Part shown: positions 36,609-50,725 of the stretch, piece by piece
Numbering within the stretch: position 1 is the first letter of the stretch
Layout: each line of letters starts with the position of its first letter
NCBI RefSeq assembly: GCF_000143415.4
Contig: NW_003314294.1
Span: 1,552,014-1,616,013, forward strand
Origin: Selaginella moellendorffii
Lineage: Eukaryota; Plantae; Lycopodiophyta
Length of the DNA: 64,000 bases
Reading direction: 5' to 3'
Made by a program: the position numbers and the translations under genes
Notes under the pieces: model-generated
The model's input: only the letters and a program-made list of their open reading frames with translations
Database searches by the model: none
What the model was told of the DNA's origin: nothing

Positions 36609-37604
36609 ATGCTTGCCCGTCGAATAGCGGCGCTTGTGGCGTCACGGAAGGGTGGTGATGATGGTGAGTCGGAGATTGTCTCTGATCCAGGGCTGGAGCT
36701 GTTTCCATCGGCTAAAGGTTCAGCGGTTAAAGTAGCAAATAGGATAGAGGAGATGGATGATTCAAAGACCTGGGTCCTCGTTCACAGAGTCAATGGCACA
36801 GACGATTGGACATTAGCATGGAGCCCGTGTGATGGAGAACGTCTCATGATCCCGGAGCAGTTAATTGGAAGCCATGGCCTACGCTTGGCCCCTTCCTGCC
36901 ACCAAATGGGTCCATTATCTTTGCTGCTCGACAGATATCATGATCAGCTCTACATTGCGTACGAAGCAATCCACGGTTGCTTTCTCTACGTCTCCTCCAC
37001 CGGGAGCTGGCACCCTCTGTTAGATGTTGAAGGGGAAAAAGACGTTGAGCTTGAGTTAATGGACGCTCAAGAGGTGAGGGAGATTGGAAATACGTACACT
37101 CCATCCGTCTACTACAACCCCAAGAATCGATCATACAAGGGCTTGCTGGCGGTGCCAGATAATATTCGTCCTAAGGGTTTCCACTGGCACGAGGGCAGCT
37201 TCTACATGATGTCTTGCATACCTTTTGAAGAGTTTCAGGTCTTCAGCTGGCAGGGTGGTGAAGAAGGGTGGCAAAAGGTTGCTGCACATCCCATATACCA
37301 GGATGGGGTTGACAGATTAGGTGGTGATTTGTTTTGGTTTACGGCAGGTGGTCGCTATGCTTGCATATCTCAGGGGAATATAAGCTATCCGGATGTAGAC
37401 TCTGGTCGCTTCATTGTGGTCTACGACTTGGAGGAGAGGCAGTGGCATTACCACACAATGCATGCTGATTCTGGATTTGGTATTCCAAATGTTGTTGTGT
37501 GCAACTGCGCTCCAGAGCTTGGTGATTTGGAGGCTACCACCTTCAATGCAGTTTGGGCTCAAGATCGTGTACTTCTGCAGCTACCGCCCATTTCTTCTGC
37601 ATGA
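36609..37604 (+). CDS. Hypothetical 331-aa protein, possibly an F-box-associated/kelch-like beta-propeller
   Basis: Clean ATG-to-TGA ORF; W/Y-rich beta-strand repeats (VYYNPKNRSY, WHEGSFYMM, IVVYDLEERQW). Confidence 0.5.
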   Translation: MLARRIAALVASRKGGDDGESEIVSDPGLELFPSAKGSAVKVANRIEEMDDSKTWVLVHRVNGTDDWTLAWSPCDGERLMIPEQLIGSHGLRLAPSCHQMGPLSLLLDRYHDQLYIAYEAIHGCFLYVSSTGSWHPLLDVEGEKDVELELMDAQEVREIGNTYTPSVYYNPKNRSYKGLLAVPDNIRPKGFHWHEGSFYMMSCIPFEEFQVFSWQGGEEGWQKVAAHPIYQDGVDRLGGDLFWFTAGGRYACISQGNISYPDVDSGRFIVVYDLEERQWHYHTMHADSGFGIPNVVVCNCAPELGDLEATTFNAVWAQDRVLLQLPPISSA

Positions 37605-38098
37605 CTTTTGATGCAATAGCATGTTAATCCTTGTTGTTTAGATTGAAATCCAACTCACGAAAGTTGGATGAACTTTGGGCATACATGAGTTTTTCTCCTG
37701 AATGCCACATTTACTGTAGATGTGGATGATCAAGTTTGAGAGGTGAGTGACATGTTCAAGTTTGTCTGTCAGATCTTGTCTATTGGACAGTGCAGCACAA
37801 GACCATCAAGAGTTGAGAATGGTGTTCGATCCAGTATGAGGAGATCCGGGAGAGGGAAAGGAGATCAAGAAAAACTTACCAGATTTTCCTTGACATGGCT
37901 GTGCTGGTGGAAGCTCATTGAGATATGATCACATGGTGGCCAACTACATGGACAGGGAACTCGCAGCCACTATGCCAGAGGAGCTCCTGGAAGTGCACGC
38001 TCATTCCAGCTGCTGCTAGTGCTCATGGTTACAACTCAGTTGCCAGCAATCACCATTGTTCCTTGCATGATAACGAGAAAGATCCACCGACTTTGAGA

Positions 38099-38170
38099 CC
38101 CTAAACCCTAAACCCTAACATGCGAACCTTCAGATTTAGGGTTTAGGGTTTAGGGTTTTTAGGGTTTAGG
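38099..38170. repeat. Inverted interstitial telomere tracts
   Basis: (CCCTAAA)~3, a short spacer, then (TTTAGGG)~4-5. Confidence 0.85.
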
Positions 38171-38204
38171 CACGAATTGTGCCTGGATATTATAAGAATA
38201 TTTT

Positions 38205-41200
38205 TTACTAAAGACACGCCCCCATGGTGCTACGATCTAGCGAGATCGATAAATGTATATGTATATTCCCCATGTCCCAATGGGACTAATACAAAAACTG
38301 GGCATGCTGCCCTCTCAATAAGCTACTCTATGTGATCCTCTTGTGTCACAGTTGGACCAAGTGCTGGAGCAGAAGTGGATGTGGTCATCTCGTTTAAATC
38401 CTGTCAATGTCCAAGTCTCCCCCTTGAGCTAAGTGTAGAATAGAGTCTAGGGGCTACCACTGTTAGCAAATCTTGCCACCTACCATTTTGCCGAAGTATG
38501 GGAGCTACCTAGACCTCCACTCTTCTAGCTGCCTTAGTTTCACTTGCTCTTTCAGGATGGTGTAATGAAGATGCACTGTGGCAAGAGTAAGTCTCCACTA
38601 TGATGCCACCTCATTTGTTACCCATTGAAGTGACAGTGGTTTCGTGCCTCCCAAAGTGCTTGCACTTTTGTCGCTCTCCAAATGGACCAGCGCTTATGGC
38701 CCATCGCCTCCTAGACTGACATCCCGACTTCAGCCCTTATCACATCCCACCAGACTCATATGTTCCATTTGTGCCATCCATGACAACAAACGCACCTCCA
38801 AGCTGGACCAATGGCTGGACCTCTAGCTGGACCTCTAGCTGGACCTCTAGCTCCCTCAAACTAGTGGAGGATATCCCCGCTCCAAGCCTCGAACTCCAGA
38901 ATGTCTCCCAATTCTTGCATCGCCTTTAAGATCTATTGCCATACCTCTCTCACCATGTCATATTCCTATAGTGCATGTCACACTATCTCTAGTTCACCAC
39001 ACTCCTTGCATCATTGGCATTCTTCCTACTGGCAACCCCTTATTTGCCACCAACCAAGAGGTGGCCTTGACTTTCTCCTGTACCAGTAGTTTCTAGAACA
39101 TAAACGTGTTGTCCACCATTTGATTTGCTTTGACTCTTTGCTTGATCCATTTCTTCCAGAGCTTGGGGATCTCCCCTCGGGCCTCTTCCCTACTGGTCAA
39201 GAGACCATTCTGTGCTTCCTTGACTTCAAACAAGAAGAAGCTCCTCGCTCTTTGTTTCCATGCTATTGAGTCTCAATCCAGATCCTTGATGAATTGCTGT
39301 CGCCACCATCTGAGAATGCCAACCCCCTTTAGTGTGGCTATCGATTGAACCACCACCAATTGCTTCAGAGCCTGTCATACTACTTGAATCCTGCCCTTGA
39401 CTTTGTCATCCATCACCATCGGCATGACCTGTTCATTTCCTGCTGGCAGCAGGATGTTGCCTCTCATAACCCAAAAAGGACATATGACATTCTGTTCAAG
39501 AGACACAATGAACCACACCTCCACATTGCCATCCTCCCAAGCTAGTGTTGGGGTTGTAAAAACACTTGTCCAGGCCCCCAAGCTAACTTGTTCCCTGTCT
39601 GGCTCCACATCCCATTGCAAAGCCATAAAGTCTCCAGGTTTGAAACAACACCTAGGCTAAAGCTGCCCCTTCTTCACCTCACTCACCACTCTAATGATGA
39701 AAAGAAGATTGAGGTGGACTTTCCTCCATCATCTTGGGTTAAAGACCTGCATACACCTTGTAGTCTTCCTCCTATCCTTATCCAAAATGCCCACTAGTTG
39801 CTTGAGAGTTCAGAAGCCTTTCCAATGCAGCTTTCTCTAGATTGTGTAGTGGTCTTCCTTGCCCAATATCCTATCTTCCACTTTGAAGAGGTCATTGAAG
39901 AATAAGGGCTGGTTCAGCCAGTCTTCTGCTTGCCCCGGCATTTCCCTACTGATTGGAAACTCGCTCTACAACCTGAGAACCAACATGCCACCCTTGACTA
40001 CTTGCTTCGGCCCTTCAGCAAAAAGCCAATATGGATCCTCCTCCCATGGTCTTGCAGTGTTGTGCCTAGGCTGGATTGCCAATAGACTATGCCTAAACAT
40101 GAGTCTCCAAGGTTGGTTACCTGGTTGAAGGCCCATAAGGAGGATTTTGTACCATAGTGCCTTTGCCATGTTGCTCGGATCGATAACTTCAAGTCCTCCT
40201 AGGACTCGTAGACATGCTGTGGATTGCCACACGACCTTGGCCATGATCCTCCTTGTGACAAGTGTGCCCCGCCACACATACTTATGAACCATTGTGTACC
40301 TTTTTGAGAGTGCGTTCAAGAACAGGCCAGATTGAGAGGTGGTACCAAATGCTGGGCAAGATAATGCTCCTAGCTACAACCACTCTTGCTGGCAAATTGA
40401 GTTTTCGAGGAGCCCACTTCTGGATTGACAATTGTATCCTTCGGAGCAAGGTGTCATCCTGAAGTGCTGCACTAAACCAGGTACCAACCTGAATCCCCAA
40501 GTACCTGGTGTCCTCTCCTAATTTGAGTCACTAAAAGCCGATGTCTTGGCCCTAGGACTCGATGCTTGGCTTCCTCTAGTTGATGCCCATTGATTTGTTC
40601 CAATTGATTGTTGCGCTAGTTGCAAGGTTGAAAGTCTCTAGCGCCTTCTTAGCTACATCCAGGTTCCCCTTGGTTGTGAGTAGTAACAAGGCTATGTCTT
40701 CTAAAAATGCTCTATCTAGAAGTTCCTGAGTCACCCTTGCCATTCCCGGAAGTTGTTGTCTCACAACTGGCAGGGTGAGTCCTTTGATGCACCCACCTTC
40801 CACTAGAAACGTGCCCAGGGCCTTTGCCACAACCAGAAAGAGATAGGGTGCTAGCAGACACCTTTGGTGTATCAAGCATCCCAAATGAAAACTTGGTCCT
40901 ATCTCACTGTTGATTGTGACTCTACTTGCAGCTCCATGGTATAGTAACGAGATCCTAGCAACCATCTCTCTCAGGATGCCAATTGTATGCATACACTTCT
41001 CAAGGAACCTCCAATCCACCCAATCATAGGCCTTCTCGAAGTTCAGTAGCCATGCTGCAGTTTGTTGATTGGAGATCTCTGCCCATCTTTGAGCCAGCAA
41101 GTATATCCAGATATTTTTTGCAATTTGCCTCTCTAGAACGAAACCTGTTTGCTATTCCCAGATGATCAATGGTATAACAGCTTGGAGCTTGAGGGTTGTT

Positions 41201-42000
41201 GCTTTGGTGTAGACCTTGTAAGATGTGTTGAGCATGGTGATCGGCCTCCAATTCCTCAACTCCTGCAAGTCCCCCCTCTTTGGGATAAGCACAATCTAGC
41301 CCTCAAGAATCTCGTGAGGCAAGGCCCCATCATGTTGAGCATCCCACCATTCTTGCAGTAGCAACGGGCCTATAGTCTCCCAGTGCTCCTCAAAGAAAAC
41401 AAGCAAGAGGCCATCAATACCTAACTGTCTGTCATTGTTGAGCTTCTTGAGTGCTTCCTGAAGCTCCTCCAGTGTGAAGTCCATCCTCAATGAGTTATAC
41501 CACTCATGGGGGACATGTTGGGGAAGGGACACAAGAAACACTTCCACTGCCGCATTTTCCCTCTCTAGAGTCCATTGTTGGGCCATGTATAGCACTTGGT
41601 AGAACTCTTGTGTGAACTGTTGCATCCCTTGTTGATCCTCGACGACCCTCTTGTCACTGTGCTTCAATCCCAGGATGGGAGAAGAGTCAGTCACTAGCCT
41701 AATTCCCCTAAAGAAAGCCTTGTTAAGAAGGTGTTCATTTAGGGCCCATCCATCTTCCATGGCTCGGATGCCCTTGCTCCATGCTGTGTACTCCAAGTCA
41801 TGTAGCTCGGCTTCTTGTTCATCTAGTACTACTTGCCACTTATTCTCATTTTGTGTGTTTAGCAACATCCTATGCGCTACTACCACCTTCTGCCTAGCCA
41901 ATCTCATGTCCTTCATCACTGCTCCTTTGAGATCCCTTTGGCGTGCCTAGAGCTTCTGGGAGCAAGACAAGAGCATTGGGATCAGTCCCATCTTGTCCTA
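38205..42000 (-). mobile_element. L1-type LINE, 5'-truncated and degenerate
   Basis: LGIDGL...F...W..IGP; LNFEKAYDWVDWRFL; QRCLLAPYLF; INWNKS; YLGIQVG; LGGLEVID; 3' UTR shared with 3842-4112. Confidence 0.85.
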
Positions 42001-42009
42001 CGTGAGGGT

Positions 42010-42545
42010 GTCATGTATTAGCCAAATCGCCATTGAGTCTCACAATGTTGCTCTCATGATTGATCGTCGGACTGTTGTCCCTTTGTTCCTTTGAAGCTTG
42101 ATCACACAGTGGAGGGGGTTGTGATCTACCTTAACATCCTTAGGATGCCCATAGACATAGGGACAACCTTCCCCAATATCCCTTTTTCGATCCTCATTAA
42201 GTCCTTTTCTGTTTATGGCCGTGTTCACTAATACTGCCACTAGGTCAAGGCCTATAGGCCTGACCACTAAGTCCCATTGTCCTTTGGGACTTCCTCACTA
42301 AATAACCATATTCTTAGTCATTACACCAGAAGACTGCTCCTCTTCCTTTCCACAATCTAAGACTTTGGGACAACATTTCGGAGCACCGTGGCCCCATGTA
42401 AGCCTCATGGGTACTCTCCCTAACTTCCACCTTTGGGTGCTCTAGCCATGGGGCTAGAGTGAGGTTCTATTGAGCTATGTCTGGTATCCAAGTAGGTAGT
42501 GCCACCCATGCTTGGATTGGGAGCATCAACCATTCAATTCCCCAG
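42010..42545 (-). mobile_element. Diverged family B LTR fragment
   Basis: Homologous to ~25330-25880 (CATCCTTAGGATGCCC...GGTATCCAAGTAGGTAGTGCCACCC). Confidence 0.75.
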
Positions 42546-43780
42546 GGCGATTTGTGAACTTCTATTGGAGTTTCATTCATGACTTCTTCAAAATTGTGCT
42601 TCCTCTAATGCAACTTACCACAAAAGCTACTTCTTTTATATAGTCTGTTGCTACTCAGAATTCCTTCAATCTTCTGAAAGTTGTGTTCACTTCAACTCTA
42701 ATTCTCATTCATCCGAACAACACAAAGCCTTATATGTGGAAGCAAATGCTTTGGATTTTGCACTAGGTGTTGTTTGTCGCAAGAAGGATTTGATAGCAAG
42801 CCTCATCCGATTGCTTTTCATTCTCAAAAGTACACAGTTGCAAAGATCAATTATGACATATTCAATAAGGAGATTCTTGCAATTGTTGACTCTTTCAAGG
42901 CTTGGCATCATTTCCTTGAAGGTTCTCTTCATGTGACCATTGTTTACAGTGATCATAAGAACTTTCAATATTGCTCTTCAACACACATCCTCAATATGCA
43001 TTAGGTTCATTGGGCACAATCACTTTCCCATTTCCAGCTTGTGATTACACATCATCCAGGAAAAGCCAATGGTAAGGTTGATGCTCTCACTTGATGCTGT
43101 TATCTTACTCCATCTCTAAAGGAACCTGCTTTTAACATGCAGCAATAAATCCTTTTTGATTCTTCTCACTTTTAAATCAATTCCATTGCTCAATTCTCTG
43201 ATCCTCTTGATCCTTTTCTCAAATCCCAAATCTAAGTGGCTCATGCAATTGATCTGTTTGTTCATGATGCTTGCTAATCCATTTTTTCTAGTCTTCCTCC
43301 AGCTCAGCATGTTGATTTCCGGTTCCTTCAGTTTTGGGATGGCCTTCTGCATCAACATGCTCAAATCTATGTTCCAGATGATGAGGCGCAGTTGTGTGTT
43401 ATTCAAGCTTGTCACAACACACTAGCAACTGGGCACTTTGGCTTTCATAAAACATTAGAGTTGGTCTAACAGATGTTTTGGTGGCCCCATATGCGTAAGT
43501 ATGTGGAGCATTTTGTTTGTACTTGCGACATGTGTCAGGGGACTAAGATGCCTTGCCATGCTCCTTATGGTCTCTTTCATCCTCTTCTAGTTGCTCCGAG
43601 GCCTTGGAAATCTATTTCCATGGATTTCCTTACCAATCTTCCACCTTCTTGAGGTTTTGATACAATGCTTGTGGTGGTTGATCGTTTTTCAAAGATGGCC
43701 CATTTCTTGCCATGTACAAAATTCATTGATGGGGAGCAATTGGTTGAGCTTATCTACAAGGAGATTTTCTAGCTTTATGG
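42546..43780 (+). pseudogene. Gypsy RNase H-integrase fragment
   Basis: EANALDFALG; NYDIFNKEILAIVDSFKAWHHFLEG; YSDHKNF; GHFGFHKT; PWKSISMDF. Confidence 0.85.
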
Positions 43781-45439
43781 GTTAGATGGGCATGCATTGA
43801 TGGTAGGCTGGAATACAAGAGAATGGGGGATAGGGCTTGAGTGCTAACTTTGCCCCCTAACTACTCTTACATGGTGGCAACTGCCACTTCTTCCTGACCT
43901 TGAGACTTAGGATGATTCTTCTAAATGCAAATGTGAACCTATGGTGCTTCACTCTCCCACGACTCCACGACTGGCTCCAGGAGCACCAAAGAAGCCTGAT
44001 GCCATGGAACACCGGGACAAAGATCTGTCCCGGTGCTCCTAGTGTTTCATGGCATCAGGCTTCTTTGGTGCTCCTGGAGTTCCTAGGCAGTCAGCTTTGA
44101 GTTTGTCGAGCTTGTTGTGGAATGCGTCTTCTTCTTTGTCATGCTTGCTTTCTGCATCATCTTCCATCGAAGTGACTGGCTGCTTCGCCTTGAGGATGTG
44201 CAGCTCGCTTCACAGCTCAGCATTCTCCTTGGAGAGCTCTCCATTAATGCACTGTGTCTCAACACACATGCTTCCCTGGAATGCACTGCTGCCTCACACA
44301 CTCTTCTTTAGCTGGAGGATGTTGCTCTAGATCTTGTTGAGCTTGGCGTCAAGAGGTTGGAAAACAATTGTGTTGATCATCGCCTGGACACTGTCGCATG
44401 AAGATGCTCATCTGGTCATCGTGGAATTGTCTTGCAAAGTCAGCTGGGATGGGCATTTTCGGCATTGGCTGGAGGTGCTGGACTTCATCAAGGAACTGGA
44501 GAAATGCAGTGCTTAGCAGACGGTGTGGGAGCTCTGGTTCGCGTCATCGCTCCTGCTCTGGTTCCCTGCGCCTTTCCTGCTCTGGGCGCTCCCTGCTGTG
44601 GTGCTCGCGATGGTGTGGCATCGTCTCATTGTCAGCTGGTGCGGATGACTTCTCACTTGGTGCTGTTGCTGCTAAGTGCTGCACTGCATGCTGATGTGTG
44701 CTTGCAAGAACTGGTGTTGCTTCTTGCACTAGGTTGGCTGGCTCCAAGTGAGCTCTTGGCGTTGTCATTGAGGTGGTTGGAGCAGTTACAGGCTTAAGAT
44801 CATGGTCCTGATCTTCAGCCTGAGCCTGAGTGTGAGTTTGAGTCTCCTTCGACTCTGATCCTTGAGTCGCTGGTGTCTTTGTGTCACGTGTTGCTCTTCA
44901 TTGGGTTGACTTTGATGGAGATGCCTACTTCTTTGTTTTCGGTGTCAATGGAACTTTTTTTGTTGGAGTTGCAGATGCAGCCTTGCACTTCTTCGACATT
45001 TGTCAAGCTCACTTGTTCTTGTCCAATCTGGATTGCAAGGAATAACCCTAAACCCTAAACCTTTTCTCTCGCGCCGATGGGGCTCTCATCAACGTAAAAC
45101 TCCTTGGTGAGCATGCGTGCTGGATCCTTCCGCACTGCCATATCCTGATACCAGAGAGCTTCATCCTGATCTCGGCACATCACTAGGGTAAAGCCGACTC
45201 TTTCTTGAATTTTGCATTGTAGTGTTGTTTTTGATGGCATTTCTTTGCGATTTCTTGCAGTGTTGATTGCTTGGGTTGTTTTTCGTGAGTCTTCCGATTC
45301 TTGGAATTTTTTATGTTGTTGTTTTATTGAACATGTTGATTCTTGAACTCTTGAGTTTTTGGAGTTTATTTTTTTTCTGTTTCTTCAATTCTTTGGTCTT
45401 CAGATTTTTGAACTTGAGAGTTGTTATGTTGATTTCCTT

Positions 45440-46450
45440 GGTTCATCTTGAGTTTGCTGTTGATTAAGTTGGTGTTGGGCTCTTTGTATTTCTTGAGTTT
45501 GTTGAGGTTGATGGTATGAAGGTGTTCACTGTCAAGTGTTGTAATAGTTGCTGTTTCTGGGGCCTTGAATTCTTGGATGAAGAATAGTCTTTCCCATCTT
45601 GACTTCACTTTAGAGCCAATTTTTTCAATGTTTCCTCAAAACCAAAGTACTTGGTCATTGATCTTGAATTCTTCACTTTTCTTCAGTCTTGTCTCTCTAT
45701 TGTGATTGACTTTTCTTTGAGCTTGAATGGCTTTAAGTGTCCAAATTGTTTGTAATCTTCATTCGTCAAGTTGTTCTAGCATGGCTAGTCTTCTCTTGAT
45801 CGATTCTTCTTAGTTGATTTTATTCGTAGTGATGGAATGATGTATTCAAGTGGCGTCAAAGCTTCAAGGCCATAGGCGAGCTTAAATGGTGTCAAATTTG
45901 TTGAAACCTTGTGTCTTTTTTATTTGTATTCATGATTTTTGTGAGGATGTTTTTGAGTGTCTTGTTTGTAGACTCTACTTGACCATTGACTTGAGGGTAG
46001 TACGCTGTTAAAGCTTTGTGCTTGATTGTGAGTTCTTGTCAGAATCTTGATAGTTTCATTGATGAAATGTGTTCCTCAATCCATGACGAGTTCTTGAGGT
46101 AGTTTGTATTTTGTGATGATGTTTTCATAAATGAACTTTATTGTGTTCTTTACTGTCACAGTCTTCATAAGTTGAGCTTTGGCCCATTTTATCATGTATT
46201 CTATTACGATCAAAATGTACTTGTTTCACTTGAAGCTTGTTGTGAATTGTCTGATAAAGTCAAGTCCCCATCGTTGAAAAGGTTCAAGTGGAGCTGTTGG
46301 ATGAAGTTCTTGAGTTTGCTTCTTTGGTGCATACTTGGTTTGTTGACAAATATTGCATTCTTGACAGAATTTGATTGAGTTGTATCAAATTGTTGGCCAC
46401 CAAAATCTTGTTTGTAAAATTTTTCAAGTTGTGATTTCTTCAATGAAATG
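45440..46450 (-). pseudogene. Gypsy integrase fragment
   Basis: The minus strand reads AYYPQVNGQVESTNK, TPFKLAYGLEALTP and INLNKLKKYKE; frameshifted. Confidence 0.65.
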
Positions 46451-47541
46451 TCCTGAGAATTCCATCACAAGAGCCCCCATTTTTCTTGGTTGCTTCTCTA
46501 GCTATATTACCCTTCCATATTGATCACATAAAATCCATTACAAGATCCCAAAGTTGTTAAATTAAGTGGTGATATATTTATAAGTTAAAAGCTTTGATAC
46601 CAAATTATAAACTACCCACACCTTTGATCATTTGAACATTTATCCTAACATTATAGATACCATTGACATGCTAGTCTCTTACACTAAAGTTATATTCATT
46701 TCACTATTTCAATGCTCACTATCACTAAAAAATAAGTCATCCATTCCATATGTGGCCATCCTTTAACCACTCCTTACCATTATGAGGGAAATTTTTTTGT
46801 AGCTCATAGATCTAAGTGGTTGGAATTTGCTGAAGATGAAGAAGACTTGGCTTGAGAAGGTGTTGTTTTGCACTTAAGCTGCCTCTAAATGCTAGAAAGT
46901 TACTTTGTACCTTAGGGTTTTGAGGTATGGTAACAAGGCACCAATTTGCCACACGCCTAATCCATACCGACATCAAATACCCTAAATATTGCAAATGCCC
47001 AGTCAAGGTAATTGAATTGATAGGAGTAATAATTTTGTAAACTTCTCCAAAGCACAGAAAGAAGAGTCTTTGGCCAAAATCAATCGCCTAGAACCCTTTG
47101 CCTCATCTGTAAATTGCTCAAAGTTGCCCAAAATGCCAATGACAAAGAAAAGCAAGTTTGAAAATGGAAAGAAATGTAGGCTAAGTGGTAAATTTGCTTT
47201 AGTGCAGTTCCCTCAACATTCCAAAACACACCCTAAAGCACATATATAGGAAAAATTGCTTCTTTCCTAAGAAACCCACATTAAAGTTTAGCCCAAAAAA
47301 GAAAAATAAGTACCTTAGTTTTGATGCTTCACCATTTTAATTGTATGTAGGCTCGTTAGAAAAAACTTAGCCCCATCTACCACAAAATTCCAAGAATTTG
47401 TGATGAAAACACCTCAATATTCTGCAAAATCCAATAAAAGATAGCCTAAAACACCAATATTGTGGAAAAACATCTGCATGTTACCAATCTAAATTAATAC
47501 TAGGGAGTTGTTAGTATTTTTAGAAATCCTAGGACAAAAAA

Positions 47542-48319
47542 TGTAGCGCATGTGATATGGGATGAGATTTGGATATATTGTCACTATGGATCCTTGGAAC
47601 CTTGGGAGATATATGGGGATAAAATAGCCATTAAGGGCTCTCTCATCAAACAATTGCCCCTTTTCCAGTTGGCTTAAGGGGAGAAAAATAAAGTGCGCTA
47701 TATGTGGTATCGGAGCAAATGGCATGGGTTCAATTCCCATTGATTAGTGGCTACTTAAAAATATAATATACCCTTGAGCAAGGTATATTCCTACCCCTAA
47801 AAAAAAATATTAAAATCGTATATATTGGGCATCCATGCGTATGTCCTTCCTTTTGTGTGGAGTATCCACGGACGAAGGTATCCACCGTGGGATTATGGTA
47901 CGGGTGGATGACTAATTACCTCACATGGAATAGTTAGTTTACACAATCCTTTTGTGTGGAGTATCCACGGACGAAGGTATCCACCGTGGGATTATGGTAC
48001 GGGTGGATGACTAATTGCCTCACATGGAATAGCTAGTTTACACAATGGAAGGATTGGTAGATTCAATGCAAAAATGGAGGTGCTGGTTCCTCTTGGCTCA
48101 GTAGGGGTTGTTAGTCAATAGTCAATGAGGACATTGACATCTCTCAAAGGGGGTGAGTGTAGCGCATGTGATCATAGGATGAGATTTAGATATATTGTCA
48201 TTATAAATCCTTGGAACTTTGGGGGATATATAGGGATAAAATAGCCACTAAAGACTCTCTCATCAAGCAATTGCCCCTTTTCCAGTTGGCTTAAGGGGAG
48301 AGAGATAAAGTGTGCTACA
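47542..48319 (+). mobile_element. Complete 778-bp TRIM
   Basis: LTRs 47542-47702 and 48158-48319; PBS TGGTATCGGAGC at 47705-47716; PPT AAAGGGGGTGAG; AAAAA TSD; internal 99-bp tandem duplication at 47848-48046. Confidence 0.9.
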
Positions 48320-49829
48320 AAAAACACCTCTGAAAATAAACAGCATTCAGAACAAAGCTTAAAGAAGCACGAATTCTTGTTGCAAAGATGCTCCTATTTA
48401 ACTAAAGAAGAAAATCCTTTTGCATGCCATGAATTCTCTCAAGTCTAGCACCAAAAATCACCTCTATTTGTAGATCTAAGCTAGATTTATAAACCCAAAT
48501 GCACCATTTTGAGAGATTAAACCAAGAATCTAGGCAAGAAAGGAGAAACCCCAAACTATTCACAGCTAAAAAACATTGTATTTCCTCAAATACTACACAG
48601 TTTGATGAGTGTCATACCTTGCCAGAAAGAAGAGTTCTAGTCTCCAATGCATATAAGATCAAGCAAATTCATTGCAAGACAAACAAGAAATCACTCCTCA
48701 AAGTCCGCAGCCAAAAGGAAAAGAGATAAATAATGCTGTAGAAACTGATGCACGTCACACCAGGGGGAATGAAGGACACTCCCCTGACACTCACTCAAAC
48801 ACAAGAAAATGATCCAATGCTCTCCAAACTTCCCCTTCTTTTGCCTTTGTGGGGCAAAGGTTTTATACAAGGAGCATAAAGAATATTTTAGAAATTGAAA
48901 TATTCTCTCTCCCTCTCACACTTTCTAAATGGCCATGCCCTAATACCATAGGATAATTATAGAGCAAAACTTAAACTCTTAGACACATATGCATACAACC
49001 AAGAAGTGAAGGAACTGGAGCACAGAATAACTCCTGAGCATATAACCAAGGAGTAACATGATTAGAATAATAGCGAAGGTGTCTTAGCGAATATGATAAA
49101 TTATTATTTAGTGAGTATTAAGGGATAAAGCTCAATTTCATAGAGGTTCCCAACACTAATAAGTGTAAACTAAGGAATGAGTTTTTCTAATTGGATCAAA
49201 TATGCTTGCCTAATAGCACTTAGAAATTCCATCCTTATGCTCTTTTAACCAAGTGCACATGTAAAGATTAGTTTTTCAACTAACTTGGGCAAAAATTGAT
49301 AAAAGGTTTAGCAATATTAATCTTCTACCATTGTGCAATAAAAGAAGAATATCTAAAAGAACTTGCTGACAAGTAACTTTCGATACCTATAAGCACATAT
49401 GCGACACTGTACTAGGCATTTTGACTTCCTTTTTGGGTCATTGCATTAAGAAACATAAAATTACCACCTTCGTCCTTGGAGTGTTTTCTTATTTCACAAT
49501 AAAGACTTTATTTTGCTAAGTCTAAGAAGTATTCACCAGCTAAACACAAATGCCTAGTGGTAGAGACCTTCAAAGTAAAAGTAAATCCATATAAATAGGT
49601 CATTGGGCCGAGACTCATCCAAATCCACCTTTTTTCCTAAGATTTTATTTTTCCACTAATTTATGATAAAATGGAAAAATCCAGTAATTTATAGTTAGGT
49701 GAAATAAAAATTGTTAATTTAAAAAATTAGACAAAAGTTCAAACTTTAATTCTTTTTTCAAAAATGTGGTAGTGGAACTAGAGAGTGGGCTTAGAATAGG
49801 AATTCATTTTCTCAAAATAGTTTAATATT

Positions 49830-50725
49830 CTACAATTTTAAGAGACTCTAAATTTGAAACAACCTATATGATTGCTAAGTTTTATTCTCCACCAGCTATT
49901 ATTTGGAGCTGAAGCTTCATAAATGACAAAGTCACAAATATCTTAAAGAAGAAGATATGTAAGAGAAATGCATTTCTTGCAATATTTGTTTATAGACCAT
50001 AAAACTTTCTTTGTGTCAGTATATATAACAAGATTTCCATCAATTTGTAAAATAAGTACACAATTGCCTTCATAAAAGAAAATTTTTTCAGATTGCCATA
50101 AAAGATTTTTACATGAAAAAACTACAAGTTGACAATTTGATTTCAAATATAATATATTTCTACCATTAGATGATTTTAAGAAGTTTCCTTTATATAAATA
50201 AAATTCTCGAAAACCAGCATTTAAAGTGGTTAAACTTGTATCACAATCTTGCCTAGAATGAATATCTTTATGAAGAAATGGAAATGCCTTTGTATTTTGT
50301 AATTGAGGAGTCCACAAAAATTGAAGACTGTACTCAATTATATATTTTGTTAATGTTATTTTACATTTATCTGCTCGCTGTGACAATAATAGTGATTTAT
50401 ATTCATTTATTGTATATTTTATTCCAGATTTTATTCTTGATCCAATCACTTGTTTATTTGTTGATTTGCCAGATTTACAATTATCTCCTAAACATTCAAT
50501 CCTTACAAAAACAGCACCTTTACTAGTATCAACCAATCTTGCATCTTTATAATTTGCTGGATAATTACCATAATTAGTTAAATTACTTGTTAAATTTAAA
50601 AAACCTTGATCAATTATGAATTGAATATCTTGTTCACTAAGAACTTCTTTTTCCCCCCAGTCTATATTTACTCCATATACAACATTTATAAAAGCAAACA
50701 CTAGTACACATATTTTTAAGACCAT
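49830..50725 (-). pseudogene. Secreted bulb-type (GNA-related) lectin domain gene, AT-eroded
   Basis: Signal peptide MVLKICVLVFAFINVVYG; LKSSNG, LQIDGNLVIY (QxDxNxVxY); the TAA at 49943 falls where a third repeat expects Q (LL*DICDFVIY). Confidence 0.7.
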
